From IMG/VR virus record IMGVR_UViG_3300044922_000409, positions 35,738-99,737 of that record: DNA of 64,000 bases. The stretch is one strand, 5' to 3'. A program made the translations under genes and the position numbers. This DNA is from a virus. Of this stretch, positions 23,408-33,898 are shown one piece after another. The notes below the pieces were generated by a model. That model made no database searches, was not told the DNA's origin, and saw only the letters and a program-made list of their open reading frames with translations. How positions within the stretch are numbered: the first letter of the stretch is position 1; each line of letters begins with the position of its first letter.

Positions 23408-26400
23408 ATGGCAACACCAATTACAGCATTACAATACAATACAGTTCAATCTAAAATAGCTAAAATTTTAGGTGAAGGAACTGGGGATTATGGATACGGT
23501 CAGATTGTATTAAGCAATCCAATTTCAGAAGGTGACGTATTTACTTTTGAAATGTTTGATAGTTTAAAAACTGACATTTTATCTGCAAGACAACATCAAA
23601 TTGGCCGACTAATACGTCCACCGATCAGTGAAGTTCCTGCAAATGGCTTAATAACCGCTGCTCAATTTATACAATATACATCAACTTCGGGGCTAGTAGA
23701 GTCAAATAGATTAGTAACTCCGCCTAGCTCACAAGCTGTGCGTGAGGTAATAACATCAACTACATTAATTGACCCATGGAATAATGTTACTACTCACACA
23801 GTTGAATTGTCATTTGAATCTGGTGCTGCAATGAGAGCGTATTTCAATACTGGTAGTACTATTGAATTTTCAGCTTCTAGAGCAGGAGGAGGAACAACTA
23901 CAAAAAATACATCATGGACCAATATGTTAGCGGCAGTAGGAGTTGTTAGTTTCAAGCGTTCAGCAACTACTTCAACTAAATCAGCTGGTACTGCAAACGG
24001 TTATACTGCATTAATGGCACAACCAAGTACTCCTATTAAAATATTTCAAAGAACTGTTACTGATGCATTTAAACCAAATTATTATTCGATAACTGCACAG
24101 TTGACTGAGTCACTTGGAGATGAGCCACCTGCTGGCATTACATTTACTATTGAATTTTCAGACAATTCAACAGCTGGATTGGATATCAACGTTACTGGAA
24201 CTTTAACTAGTACAGTAAGGGTGTATCGTGCAATGGGAATATTTACAACACCGGATTCAACAATGTTATCGTTTGAAGCACCGTCACCTACTCCTACTAT
24301 TGACGAGTTACAAGGTGGCACAGCACTTCCTACATATTCACTTATAAGAACAGGTGCAACACAAATTCATGAAGGTGATAATGTTCCGGCTTCTTTTTAT
24401 GTTTCAACTTTTAATGTTGACGACGGTACTGAGTTATATTGGACTGTTAGCGGGTATGGTATTTCTGCTAGTGATTTTGAAGATATTGATTCAATTACGG
24501 ATGTTCCGTTTACTATTAATACAAATTCGTCACTACCTCTTAATTTTTACGCTGCTGCTGATTATTCTACTGAAAAACTTGAACGGTTTAATTTGGAAAT
24601 ACGAACTGCACCTATGTCAACTAGTCCAGTAGTTGCTAATATTTCAGCATCACTTCAGCAAATAACTGACGATTCAAGAAACCTAGCTCCAGTAGCAGCG
24701 TTGGCAAGTTATAGATTTATATCACAAACGATTACTTCTGTAAAAGAAGGATTTAATGCAACATTTACAATTGCTGCTACCGGGATAACAAAACCTGTAG
24801 AAGTTACGTGGAAAATAGTAGGTATTCTCGGTGAAGTTACTGGTACTGATTTTTCTGGTATCGCTAGTAAACTGACAGGTACATTTAATATTACCAGTAC
24901 ATTTACGTTAAATTTATTAACACTTAAAGATGCATTTGTTGAACCAGATGATGCATTCCAAGTTGAAATATACGTTATGGAAAATAATGCATTAACATTA
25001 AAAGACACTAGCGCAACAATGTCAATTGTTGATACAACAGTAGTTGTACCAGAAGGGTCGTGGTCAGTATCGTCAAACAGAATAACATCGATTGCTGAAG
25101 GTAACACACAAGGGGTTCAATTTACAGTTACTACACCGACTAGTGTTAAAAATAATACAAAATTATATTGGAAAGCAGTACTTACGTCGGCAAATGGTGT
25201 GTTAGCTGATGCTGATTTTAAAAACACCGGTGGCATTGGTATCGGCGGAACAAACTCTAGTTATATTTTTGTTACTAATAATACTGCTACACTTACTAGA
25301 TATGCAGCAAATGATACGTTTACTGAAGGCACTGAAAGTTTTGCAATTGAATTTTATATGGATACTAGTCCTGCATCTAACGCACCGTTTACTTCAGATA
25401 GATTTGTAGTTTCTAGTCCAGTAGTTGATGTTACAGAAAAAGATACGTATACCATATCACCTCCGTCAACAATAACTGAAGGTAATACAACTGGTATGAC
25501 ATATACTGTAACTACTCCGTATATGGAAAAAGGTTCATTGTGGTGGTTTATCCCAACAAGTCCTACTATCACTGCTGACGATTTTAATGCAATGTATGGT
25601 GAAATTCCGATTATAAATAGCACCGGAACCTTTACTATATATGCAAAAGATGATGGTCTAATTGAAGGTAACGAAACATTTAACGTAGTAGTAAGGGCAA
25701 CATCAGTTGCAACTGATGCTATATTAATTTCAAGTTTAAATTCAACTGTAATTGAAACAGACGTTTATACTATTGACACTCAAGGAGTTGCATCTATTGC
25801 AGAAGGCGGTACACGTATTGATTTTGCTATAACTACTCCAAAAATGAGTTCGGGTTATGTATTTTGGACGTTACAATCTGATTCTGGTGTAGTTGATAAA
25901 GACGATTTTGCAGAAGGTAAAACTTCAGGTCAAATTTCAATTACTAATAATTCAGGTTCGTTTTATTTAACAGCATTAGCTGATGGCAAAACTGAAGGTA
26001 TAGAATCATTTCATATTGTTTTACGTACTGGATCGATTACTGGCCCTATAAAGAAAATTAGTGATATTATAACAATTACAGAAGTTGTTAAATACAATGT
26101 TAATGCCGTTACTACGTCAATTACTGAAGGCGTAACTGGTACAATATTTAATATTACTACACCAAAAGTTGCCGATGCTACAGTATTACGGTGGGAAGCA
26201 GTTGCAGTTACTGGCGCACTTCAAACTACTGATTTTATAGTAACTGATTATGCACAACAAGCTACGCAAGCTACTTCAGGCACAGTACGCGTTATGAACA
26301 ATAAAGCATCGTTTATAATGAATGCTAGATCCGATAGTACAACTGAAGGTGCTGAATCATTTCAAGTAGCGTTATTTGATGCAGACGGCAATGATCTAAA

Positions 26401-29400
26401 TAGCCGCAGTCAAATTATAACATTAAATGAAATTATTAATTTTAGTATTTTAACACCGGTAGTAAATGGCTCATCTGTTACTTCGTTTGATGAAGGCACA
26501 AAATTAGCATTACAAGTTTACACTCCAAAACGTGATAAAAATACTCCGCTATACTGGAAAGTAGTTCGGTATTCTGGAACAATTACATTTGATGCAGCAT
26601 CTGGTGCAATACCGCCTAATGACTTTGACGGTGCATGGAATGGCACAGTGTATGTTGATGGCAACAATCATGCAGAAATTATTATTGGTATAAGTAATGA
26701 TTTGTATAGTGACGGGGTTGATGTATTTAGAGTTGAAGTAAGAGAAGTTTCAACATCAGTATTACCTGATGCAGTCACTTTGCCAATTACTATTACTGAT
26801 ACATCTGGTACTCCGGCTGTTATTGTACCAGATGCCCCAAAAGTTCTTACTATTACACCTAAAGTAAACAATGCTGCAGCAACGTCTGTGTATGAAGGAG
26901 GTACTATTACATTTGAGGTTGCTACTGCAAATATTCTACCAGCAAGAGATATTTACTATTCAATTTATGGCGGCGCTGGTCTAGCAGACAACGACATTGT
27001 TGGTGGTTTAAATAGTTCAGTTGCACTTCACGTAAATTCAAGTGGTATTGTAAATATTCCAATTGTAATAAACACCGACGTGTTAAGTGAAGCTGCTGAA
27101 TTGTTTATGCTTCAAATTATTTTAGATGAATCGACTAATTCTCCAATTGCTATTTCTAAAGCAGTTACTATTACTGATGCGTTACAATACAGAGTTTCGC
27201 CATCGAAAGTTTCAGTGTTAGAAGGCGAGTCAATAAAACTTAATTTTTATACACCACCATCTGCATTTAACACTAATATTAGATGGAATATTGATTCTGT
27301 AACAGTTGGAAGTTCAAGTGCAGTAACAGCTGAAGATTTTGATGTAACTTCTGCATCTGGTACACTGTACGGCACCGTATTAATTGATTCAATTGGTTAT
27401 GGCAGTGTTACATTAACACCAGTGTCAAACGACGCAACTGAAGGTGCTGAATATTTTACAGTATCATTATCTACAACAGCCGGTGCGCCGATTGCACTTG
27501 GAGTTCCATGTCCACAAATAAAAATTAGAGAAAATATTGATTACAGTTTATCAGTATTATCTACTCCAATGGATGAAGGCGGTTCAGTTAGAACATTTAC
27601 GTTTACTACGCCAAAGATGGCAGATTCTACGTTTACATATGAAGTTATTCAAAAATCCGGAACTGTTACATATTCTGATTTTGAAGAAACTAAAACTCTA
27701 ACATCTGGACCAATTGGAAACTCATTTACTACTACTAACAATACTGGCACATTCCATCTTCAAGCTCGATCAGATAACTTTGTTGAAGGAAACAATGATT
27801 CATTTGTTGTAATGATTTATAAAAATGGAAATCCAGTTGCAATTACACCTGAATGTCCGCAAATTTATATACATGAAACTGGCGCATATAATATTTCAGT
27901 GATTGATAATACATCAACATTAGTACCCGGCGGAGTAGTAAAATATAAGATCACAACTCCATATTATGATGATGCTACTAAACTTTATTGGGAAATATTG
28001 CCGTATCAAAGCTCAGTTATTGGAGTTAACGACTTTGTAGAAACAAAGTCAGCTAATGCATTAACTAATTATGTAACATTATATTCAAATGAAGGATATT
28101 TTACATTACAAGCAGCATCTGCGTTTAATAAAGGCAATACGCCATTTGTAATTCAACTACGTACTGGATCAGCAACTGGCTCTATTCAAACATTAGGGGC
28201 TGCTTGCCCGGTTGTTACTATTACACCGCTGCAAGTATATAGTATATCTGCAAACGGTAATAACTTTGCTGAAGGGCAGACTGTTAGATTTACAATTAAC
28301 ACGCCAGTGTTATCTGCAGGAACAACAGTATATTGGAAACTTGTTGCTGAAACCACCGGATCACCTGCGTTAACTGCAACAGACTTCTACTATTCAATGA
28401 ATGGCGCTACTTCAGCACCGCTAGATGCAACATTATCAAAATATTTTACAGTTGGTTCAACATCTGTTCCACTATTGTTAGATATTCAATTTACTAAAGA
28501 TTCAGCTTCAGAAGTTGCTAAATCGTTTCATTTAGAAGTAAGCTTAACAGACGGCGGTGCACTAGTAGAGTTAAATGCTGTTAACCCTGTTGTTACATTT
28601 ACTGATGAAGCAGGATATGTAGTTTCATGTCAATCGACGACTATTCTAGCAAATGAAATAGCAACCTTTAAAGTTATTGTGCCTGCATCATCTGCCATAA
28701 CTGGATTATATTGGGCAGTTAACGCTTCTGCTTCGTATTTTACAGCAGCATCAGGTGTAGTTCCGGTACCGAGCCATCCTAACAGTACTATTGAGATTAG
28801 TATTCCTGTTACTGCTGCACCTACATTACCCGATGCTGCAAATAATAGTAGTTTTACGATATCACTTCGTGAAAATAATTTGCAAGGATTAACAATTGCA
28901 GTACCAAATCCACCAACTGTTTCATTAAGTAAAGGGTTTGTACTTACAGGCACTACAAATTTAACCGCTGGTGACAATGGATTTACTGCAACAGTGCAAA
29001 CTCCAATCGGAACTAAGTTAATTACTTGGACTATAGCAAGTTCAAATATACTTGAAACAGAGTTGACGATTGGTAAAAAGAGTGATACAGTAGTTCCTGA
29101 TCTAGTAACTGGTATAGCAACATTACCATTAATTAGTGTAGTTGGAAGGTCTGCAACGGTTGCTGCATCAGCTATCAAAAAAGATTTTATATTATCTATA
29201 GACGACGCCAATGGTGTTAATAAGACAAAAAGTTCTAATATTACAGTAACCTATCCAGAAGTTAAAGTAGTAACAACCACACCACCAACAACCACACCAC
29301 CAACAACCACACCACCACCAACCACAATAGTTATTGATCCACCAAAAACAGTAGTATTTGATCCACCGTCATTTGGCACCGGTGCAGTTGCATTAGCTGA

Positions 29401-31600
29401 AAGTAAAACTGTTACTATAGGTGTAACCACTACTAGTTTTAAAGCAACAGACTCTATTACGCTTGAACTGTGGAGTGTATCAACTAGTTCAACTACTAAT
29501 CCAAAAGCTACATTAAAAACCAATTTTACACAATCTATTACTGTGCCAGTTGGATCTGACCCGGTACTTTTAATTGGTAAGATTAATGTTGTTCTAACAA
29601 ATAATAAAGGAACGGTAACGCTAACATCAATTGCTAATTTTAAAAGAATTGGCAGCAGTAAATTTTATATAAAAACAGGACCTAGTATCGTTTCTCCGGC
29701 ACAAAGTGCGGATATTGTAATAGCCCCAACTGCTGGTGTTAGTACGCCTGATACTGAAGAAAAAGCAGCAATTGACATGGCGGCGCTAGAAGCTTCAACT
29801 TCTGCTAACAAAATAACTGATATTACTGTAACTAATAAAACATCAAATCAGATGACGCAAGGTAAAGGTGGCTCGGTTCAATTTACTGTAACACCTCCAG
29901 TTAGTACTACAATAACATGGGCTGTGAATAGTATTAGTACAGGAAACGTAGTAAAATATATTACCTCTCCAGCTACTGCTATTACTAATGTTACAACTGG
30001 AACAATAGAAACTAACGTAACTGGAGAAGGATATTTAGATTTAGCAATTCTTGATAGCGAGTCGCTGGCGGTGGAGGGCACATTTTCTATTAAACTTACT
30101 GCACCTTCTAATGTTGCAAAATCAACTGATCAAATTACAGTTGTTGCTCCACCAAAAGATACCAAAACTGGAACTATTAATAATACTACTACTTTTACTA
30201 AAGCAGGTGAGTTTGTAATACCTAAAGGAGTAGCGTCAATTAAATTTGAGTTAAAAGGCGGCGGCGGCATGGGCGGCGGCGGCGGGTATGGGTCCGCAGG
30301 CGCATCAGGTAAACCTGGTGATAAGATTGCAGGACTTATGAATATTCCTTCAACTGGAGGCACATTAATAATTAAAGTAATACCTGGCGGTTTAGGTGCT
30401 GCAATTGTGCGGGGGAAGAATGGTACAACACCAGTAGCTGTACAAGGCATATTAGGACGCGGCGGTGCTGGCGGCGATGCAATGGCAATATATTGGAAAG
30501 GAAGACCATCCTTAGGTAAAGAAACTCCAATTGCTATTGTTGCAGGTGGCGGCGGCGGCGGCGCTGGCGGCTCAAGTACAATAACAATCACACCAAGTTC
30601 GCCTACTTCTGTTGTTTCTAAATCAACTATAGTTGCTGGGCAAGTTGCTAAGAAAGGCGGAGCCGGCGGCGGCGGCGCGCCAAACGGTACAACGTCAACT
30701 ACTGTTCCATCTGTAACTTCTACAGCTGGCGGCGGCGGCGGTCAATCTTATATGGACTCGGCATATACCGGCGCCGGAGTATTAATTCAGCGTACAACTG
30801 CCGCAGGCGGGGCCGGCGGAGCCGGTGGAGCAAGCATGAATAATACTGCTCCCACAAATGATACCGGTGCTGCAGGTGAAGGCCCGTCGTTGGTAATAAC
30901 CCCATTAACATCAACTGCTATCATTGCGCCGTCGATTGGTGATATGTGGGTTGAACAAGGTGGCTATTATGCAGGAATTATAACTGATGCCGGCGTTGAC
31001 TATCATTTAATTGTGTCTGGCAGAGCACACAACACTACTGATGCTGGAAATCAATTAGCCGTAGGAAAAGCTGGAAATCAGTCTACTACTACATCGACAT
31101 CAATGACTAACGGACCGCAAATATTTAAAGAAATGCTAGCAGAAAATGTTAGTACTCCTGGAAAATGGCCAGCTGCAGCGGCGGTTAACGCTACTTGGAA
31201 TACAGGAACTCCGTGGAAAGGTTTTAAAGATTGGTATATACCTTCGCTAACTGAGTTATGGTTAGCGTATTGGACATTTAAACCAAATGCTACTAAAAAC
31301 AACCCTACATACACACATACTGGCGAATATACTTATGTTGCAACGGATGAAACATCGTCGTATTTTACTAAATTTCCAATGACCACCTATATTCCTACGG
31401 TAACAACACAGCCGTCGATGAAAACAGCAAATCCTGTAAACGATGCATTTTCAACTAAATACTGGTTTACTTCATCAACTACACGTATTCACACTGGCAC
31501 CTCTTATAAAACGTTATTAAGCCCTAACAACGGTTTAACTATAGTATATCCTATGACCACTGCTCACGCAATTCGAGCAGTACGTAGAATACCAGTCTAG
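23408..31600 (+). CDS. Large adhesin/tail-fibre-like protein: Calx-beta/Ig-like repeats, Thr-Pro linker, Gly-rich region, C-terminal DUF1566/C-type-lectin-like domain
   Basis: Many ~110-130 aa repeats (SIxEG..FxITTP..LYW..DF..AD..EG.E.F), GGxGG tracts, and C-terminal GFKDWYIPSLTEL...YWFTSS...IRAVRR. Confidence 0.7.
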   Translation: MATPITALQYNTVQSKIAKILGEGTGDYGYGQIVLSNPISEGDVFTFEMFDSLKTDILSARQHQIGRLIRPPISEVPANGLITAAQFIQYTSTSGLVESNRLVTPPSSQAVREVITSTTLIDPWNNVTTHTVELSFESGAAMRAYFNTGSTIEFSASRAGGGTTTKNTSWTNMLAAVGVVSFKRSATTSTKSAGTANGYTALMAQPSTPIKIFQRTVTDAFKPNYYSITAQLTESLGDEPPAGITFTIEFSDNSTAGLDINVTGTLTSTVRVYRAMGIFTTPDSTMLSFEAPSPTPTIDELQGGTALPTYSLIRTGATQIHEGDNVPASFYVSTFNVDDGTELYWTVSGYGISASDFEDIDSITDVPFTINTNSSLPLNFYAAADYSTEKLERFNLEIRTAPMSTSPVVANISASLQQITDDSRNLAPVAALASYRFISQTITSVKEGFNATFTIAATGITKPVEVTWKIVGILGEVTGTDFSGIASKLTGTFNITSTFTLNLLTLKDAFVEPDDAFQVEIYVMENNALTLKDTSATMSIVDTTVVVPEGSWSVSSNRITSIAEGNTQGVQFTVTTPTSVKNNTKLYWKAVLTSANGVLADADFKNTGGIGIGGTNSSYIFVTNNTATLTRYAANDTFTEGTESFAIEFYMDTSPASNAPFTSDRFVVSSPVVDVTEKDTYTISPPSTITEGNTTGMTYTVTTPYMEKGSLWWFIPTSPTITADDFNAMYGEIPIINSTGTFTIYAKDDGLIEGNETFNVVVRATSVATDAILISSLNSTVIETDVYTIDTQGVASIAEGGTRIDFAITTPKMSSGYVFWTLQSDSGVVDKDDFAEGKTSGQISITNNSGSFYLTALADGKTEGIESFHIVLRTGSITGPIKKISDIITITEVVKYNVNAVTTSITEGVTGTIFNITTPKVADATVLRWEAVAVTGALQTTDFIVTDYAQQATQATSGTVRVMNNKASFIMNARSDSTTEGAESFQVALFDADGNDLNSRSQIITLNEIINFSILTPVVNGSSVTSFDEGTKLALQVYTPKRDKNTPLYWKVVRYSGTITFDAASGAIPPNDFDGAWNGTVYVDGNNHAEIIIGISNDLYSDGVDVFRVEVREVSTSVLPDAVTLPITITDTSGTPAVIVPDAPKVLTITPKVNNAAATSVYEGGTITFEVATANILPARDIYYSIYGGAGLADNDIVGGLNSSVALHVNSSGIVNIPIVINTDVLSEAAELFMLQIILDESTNSPIAISKAVTITDALQYRVSPSKVSVLEGESIKLNFYTPPSAFNTNIRWNIDSVTVGSSSAVTAEDFDVTSASGTLYGTVLIDSIGYGSVTLTPVSNDATEGAEYFTVSLSTTAGAPIALGVPCPQIKIRENIDYSLSVLSTPMDEGGSVRTFTFTTPKMADSTFTYEVIQKSGTVTYSDFEETKTLTSGPIGNSFTTTNNTGTFHLQARSDNFVEGNNDSFVVMIYKNGNPVAITPECPQIYIHETGAYNISVIDNTSTLVPGGVVKYKITTPYYDDATKLYWEILPYQSSVIGVNDFVETKSANALTNYVTLYSNEGYFTLQAASAFNKGNTPFVIQLRTGSATGSIQTLGAACPVVTITPLQVYSISANGNNFAEGQTVRFTINTPVLSAGTTVYWKLVAETTGSPALTATDFYYSMNGATSAPLDATLSKYFTVGSTSVPLLLDIQFTKDSASEVAKSFHLEVSLTDGGALVELNAVNPVVTFTDEAGYVVSCQSTTILANEIATFKVIVPASSAITGLYWAVNASASYFTAASGVVPVPSHPNSTIEISIPVTAAPTLPDAANNSSFTISLRENNLQGLTIAVPNPPTVSLSKGFVLTGTTNLTAGDNGFTATVQTPIGTKLITWTIASSNILETELTIGKKSDTVVPDLVTGIATLPLISVVGRSATVAASAIKKDFILSIDDANGVNKTKSSNITVTYPEVKVVTTTPPTTTPPTTTPPPTTIVIDPPKTVVFDPPSFGTGAVALAESKTVTIGVTTTSFKATDSITLELWSVSTSSTTNPKATLKTNFTQSITVPVGSDPVLLIGKINVVLTNNKGTVTLTSIANFKRIGSSKFYIKTGPSIVSPAQSADIVIAPTAGVSTPDTEEKAAIDMAALEASTSANKITDITVTNKTSNQMTQGKGGSVQFTVTPPVSTTITWAVNSISTGNVVKYITSPATAITNVTTGTIETNVTGEGYLDLAILDSESLAVEGTFSIKLTAPSNVAKSTDQITVVAPPKDTKTGTINNTTTFTKAGEFVIPKGVASIKFELKGGGGMGGGGGYGSAGASGKPGDKIAGLMNIPSTGGTLIIKVIPGGLGAAIVRGKNGTTPVAVQGILGRGGAGGDAMAIYWKGRPSLGKETPIAIVAGGGGGGAGGSSTITITPSSPTSVVSKSTIVAGQVAKKGGAGGGGAPNGTTSTTVPSVTSTAGGGGGQSYMDSAYTGAGVLIQRTTAAGGAGGAGGASMNNTAPTNDTGAAGEGPSLVITPLTSTAIIAPSIGDMWVEQGGYYAGIITDAGVDYHLIVSGRAHNTTDAGNQLAVGKAGNQSTTTSTSMTNGPQIFKEMLAENVSTPGKWPAAAAVNATWNTGTPWKGFKDWYIPSLTELWLAYWTFKPNATKNNPTYTHTGEYTYVATDETSSYFTKFPMTTYIPTVTTQPSMKTANPVNDAFSTKYWFTSSTTRIHTGTSYKTLLSPNNGLTIVYPMTTAHAIRAVRRIPV
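29273..29326 (+). repeat. 15-bp tandem repeat (ACAACCACACCACCA) x3 plus a partial copy, encoding a TTTPP linker
   Basis: Read directly from the sequence. Confidence 0.85.
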
Positions 31601-31625
31601 CAATTAGTAAAAAGTAGTACAAATG

Positions 31626-31652
31626 AAAAAGCCAGCATATGCTGGCTTTTTT
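31626..31652. terminator. Bidirectional rho-independent terminator
   Basis: AAAAAGCCAGC-ATAT-GCTGGCTTTTTT between two convergent genes. Confidence 0.9.
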
Positions 31653-31656
31653 ATGA

Positions 31657-32436
31657 TTAGTGTTTGTAAAAATTAAAAAAGTGTCGATGCCATTTAAGTT
31701 TTTTAGGTTCAACAATTTCTTCTTTAATAGGTTCTAAAAGTTGTTTCACAACAGGTTCTTCCTTGTAAACAAAGTCATTTACCATTGGAAATACTGCGCT
31801 AATTGCTTGCGCACACGCTACTGCAACTTGTTTGTGTTCAAGCTGTGTATCCACGTTACTGCGCACTTGTATGTAGTGAATCCATGAGCGCAACGTCCCG
31901 TTAACATACACACGACTCTTAGTATTACCCTCTGGAAGAACGACACGAGCTTGCTCTTTAGCAATGCCCTTGCTAATTGCCCATTCGTATTGTGCTTTTG
32001 CTGAATTAATATGAGCTTCCTGTCTTAGATGCCATTCATTATTAATTGCCTCTTCTTCAGGAGTATTAATTGTAATTGAATTTTGACGATTTTTAGGATC
32101 TTGGAACCGTGCTTCACGTATTTCAAAAGACAAGTCATCAGTTGGATCTGCATAACGTTGACTAAACTCTTGGAATCTAAATGATGCATGCCGTAGTAAT
32201 TGACGTGCAATATCGCGGGTAGTATTAATTTCTAAACATACATTAACCATTTCAAGTGGTGACCAATGTTTATGTTTAATTAGGTAGTTGATTAGTTTGT
32301 CTGAAGTTTCTGTATTAAATTGATTAGATGGATTACTTACTCTAGCACAAAATGCAATAAGTTCTTGTGCATCGTTAATCCCTAAATCAGCAAATTCTTT
32401 AGTTGGTTGTGAGTACGATACTAATTTAATATTCAT
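31657..32436 (-). CDS. thyX: Flavin-dependent thymidylate synthase
   Basis: HWSPLE and RQLLRHASFRFQEFSQRY (ThyX RHx7S motif), plus ARVVLP and Q.EH. Confidence 0.95.
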   Translation of the reverse strand: MNIKLVSYSQPTKEFADLGINDAQELIAFCARVSNPSNQFNTETSDKLINYLIKHKHWSPLEMVNVCLEINTTRDIARQLLRHASFRFQEFSQRYADPTDDLSFEIREARFQDPKNRQNSITINTPEEEAINNEWHLRQEAHINSAKAQYEWAISKGIAKEQARVVLPEGNTKSRVYVNGTLRSWIHYIQVRSNVDTQLEHKQVAVACAQAISAVFPMVNDFVYKEEPVVKQLLEPIKEEIVEPKKLKWHRHFFNFYKH

Positions 32437-32753
32437 AGTTTTATTTTTTTTAAAAATTTATTAGTTGATTTTTCAATATCTCTTTTAACGTGAATAGCAT
32501 CAAGTTTAAAATCAATATCATAAATGTGATCTTCATATGATAGTAGTAGTTCAGCTAATGTCAGTTGAAAATTATCCCAACCATCTTTTTTTAGTTGTGA
32601 TGTTAATTTTATTTCCCAAGACTTTGTATCTTTAAAATTAATAACAACTGACTGTACATAATGAAGAGGTAACACATTGAGTGTTACCTCTTCAAATACT
32701 TCCGGCCAGTGAGCAATTACTTCTTTAGGAAGTAATTTCTTTCGTAGCGTCAA
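32433..32753 (-). CDS. Hypothetical protein
   Basis: 106-aa ORF whose stop overlaps the thyX start. Confidence 0.65.
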   Translation of the reverse strand: MTLRKKLLPKEVIAHWPEVFEEVTLNVLPLHYVQSVVINFKDTKSWEIKLTSQLKKDGWDNFQLTLAELLLSYEDHIYDIDFKLDAIHVKRDIEKSTNKFLKKIKL

Positions 32754-33336
32754 TCTTAGCCTTTTTAGCTGTTGGAACTAATTCCTCAGCCTGTCTACGT
32801 AACGACGCAGCATCTTTTGATAATCTGTCTGCTTCAGAACGAAAATGTTTAGCTTGTTGCTCGGGAGTCAATGGTATAGCCGGTTCTGCTTTAACTGGTT
32901 CTGGTGCTATTACTTTTTCAGTAACGCTTGCAGTTTCTGTCTGTACTGGCGACTTAAGAGATAAGTCATCAACTGCTAACCCACGACTTTCTGCAATAGT
33001 TTGATTAAGTTCTGATAATAAAATTGTATATGCATTTGTTGGCATCATTTCAATTTGATCAGTTGATGCTTTTACTAACTTACCTTGGGTATGCAATGCT
33101 GCTAGCATAATACTACCATCTGGAAAATTAGTACGAGCCATTGCTTCGGCAAACTCATACGATGATTGTCCTGCATTGCTTTCAACTAAACTAATTAGTG
33201 CATCATGATAACTATCAGGTAAGCTTTCGGTGGGTACAATTAAACAATTGTATGCATCACCGGGCAGTGTACGATATGCAACTATACACTTTTTACCAGT
33301 AGTAATAACTCTACCGACGTGTTTAAGTTCCGCCAT
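32725..33336 (-). CDS. Hypothetical protein
   Basis: 203-aa ORF coupled to the upstream gene, with a C-terminal coiled coil. Confidence 0.75.
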   Translation of the reverse strand: MAELKHVGRVITTGKKCIVAYRTLPGDAYNCLIVPTESLPDSYHDALISLVESNAGQSSYEFAEAMARTNFPDGSIMLAALHTQGKLVKASTDQIEMMPTNAYTILLSELNQTIAESRGLAVDDLSLKSPVQTETASVTEKVIAPEPVKAEPAIPLTPEQQAKHFRSEADRLSKDAASLRRQAEELVPTAKKAKIDATKEITS

Positions 33337-33578
33337 TATTGCGTACCAGCAGCTTCAGCTTGTTTTGCAATAGTAGTTAAAAATGTATCTAATTTAGTAT
33401 ATGTTTGACCAACTGCTACCATTTCAGATGGTTTAAACGCACCGCGTGAGCTAGCAATATCAATGATTGTTTTTAACGCAGTTAAATCATTAACAGTAAG
33501 ATCTGCAGATTGATCTTGATTTACTTGTTCTGCACTAGCTTCTGGTTGTGTTTCGGTTGTTTGTACATTGTCTGTCAT
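33336..33578 (-). CDS. Hypothetical protein
   Basis: 80-aa ORF with an AAGGA RBS. Confidence 0.75.
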   Translation of the reverse strand: MTDNVQTTETQPEASAEQVNQDQSADLTVNDLTALKTIIDIASSRGAFKPSEMVAVGQTYTKLDTFLTTIAKQAEAAGTQ

Positions 33579-33610
33579 AATATTTCCTTTTGTTAAGTTT
33601 ATGTAATTAA

Positions 33611-33898
33611 TTATCTTGAATTTAAATCAGGGCACGCAATTGTGAAAAAACTAAGTTCTTTTTCAGATTCAAACCCGATTGTAATATTATATACGATTGT
33701 GTTATTTGCATCTAGCGAAATACCTTTTCCTATATAATATCGACTATTTAAATGTTTTATGATCCATGTATTAATAGAATCGATCAATTCTGTTCGATAT
33801 CTATTAACTGTTATATATTCAAAATGCGGACATGCAAAATCTACGCGCCGCATTTTAAAGTAATCTAATGGATTTGCCTTTCCATTTTTTAATGCCAT
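33611..33898 (-). CDS. Hypothetical protein
   Basis: 95-aa ORF abutting the stop of the vWA gene. Confidence 0.7.
   Translation of the reverse strand: MALKNGKANPLDYFKMRRVDFACPHFEYITVNRYRTELIDSINTWIIKHLNSRYYIGKGISLDANNTIVYNITIGFESEKELSFFTIACPDLNSR

Noticed and set aside
113-31314. Many minus-strand ORFs of 60-190 aa inside the structural genes
   Set aside because: They are antisense shadows of long, motif-bearing plus-strand genes and have no recognisable motifs.
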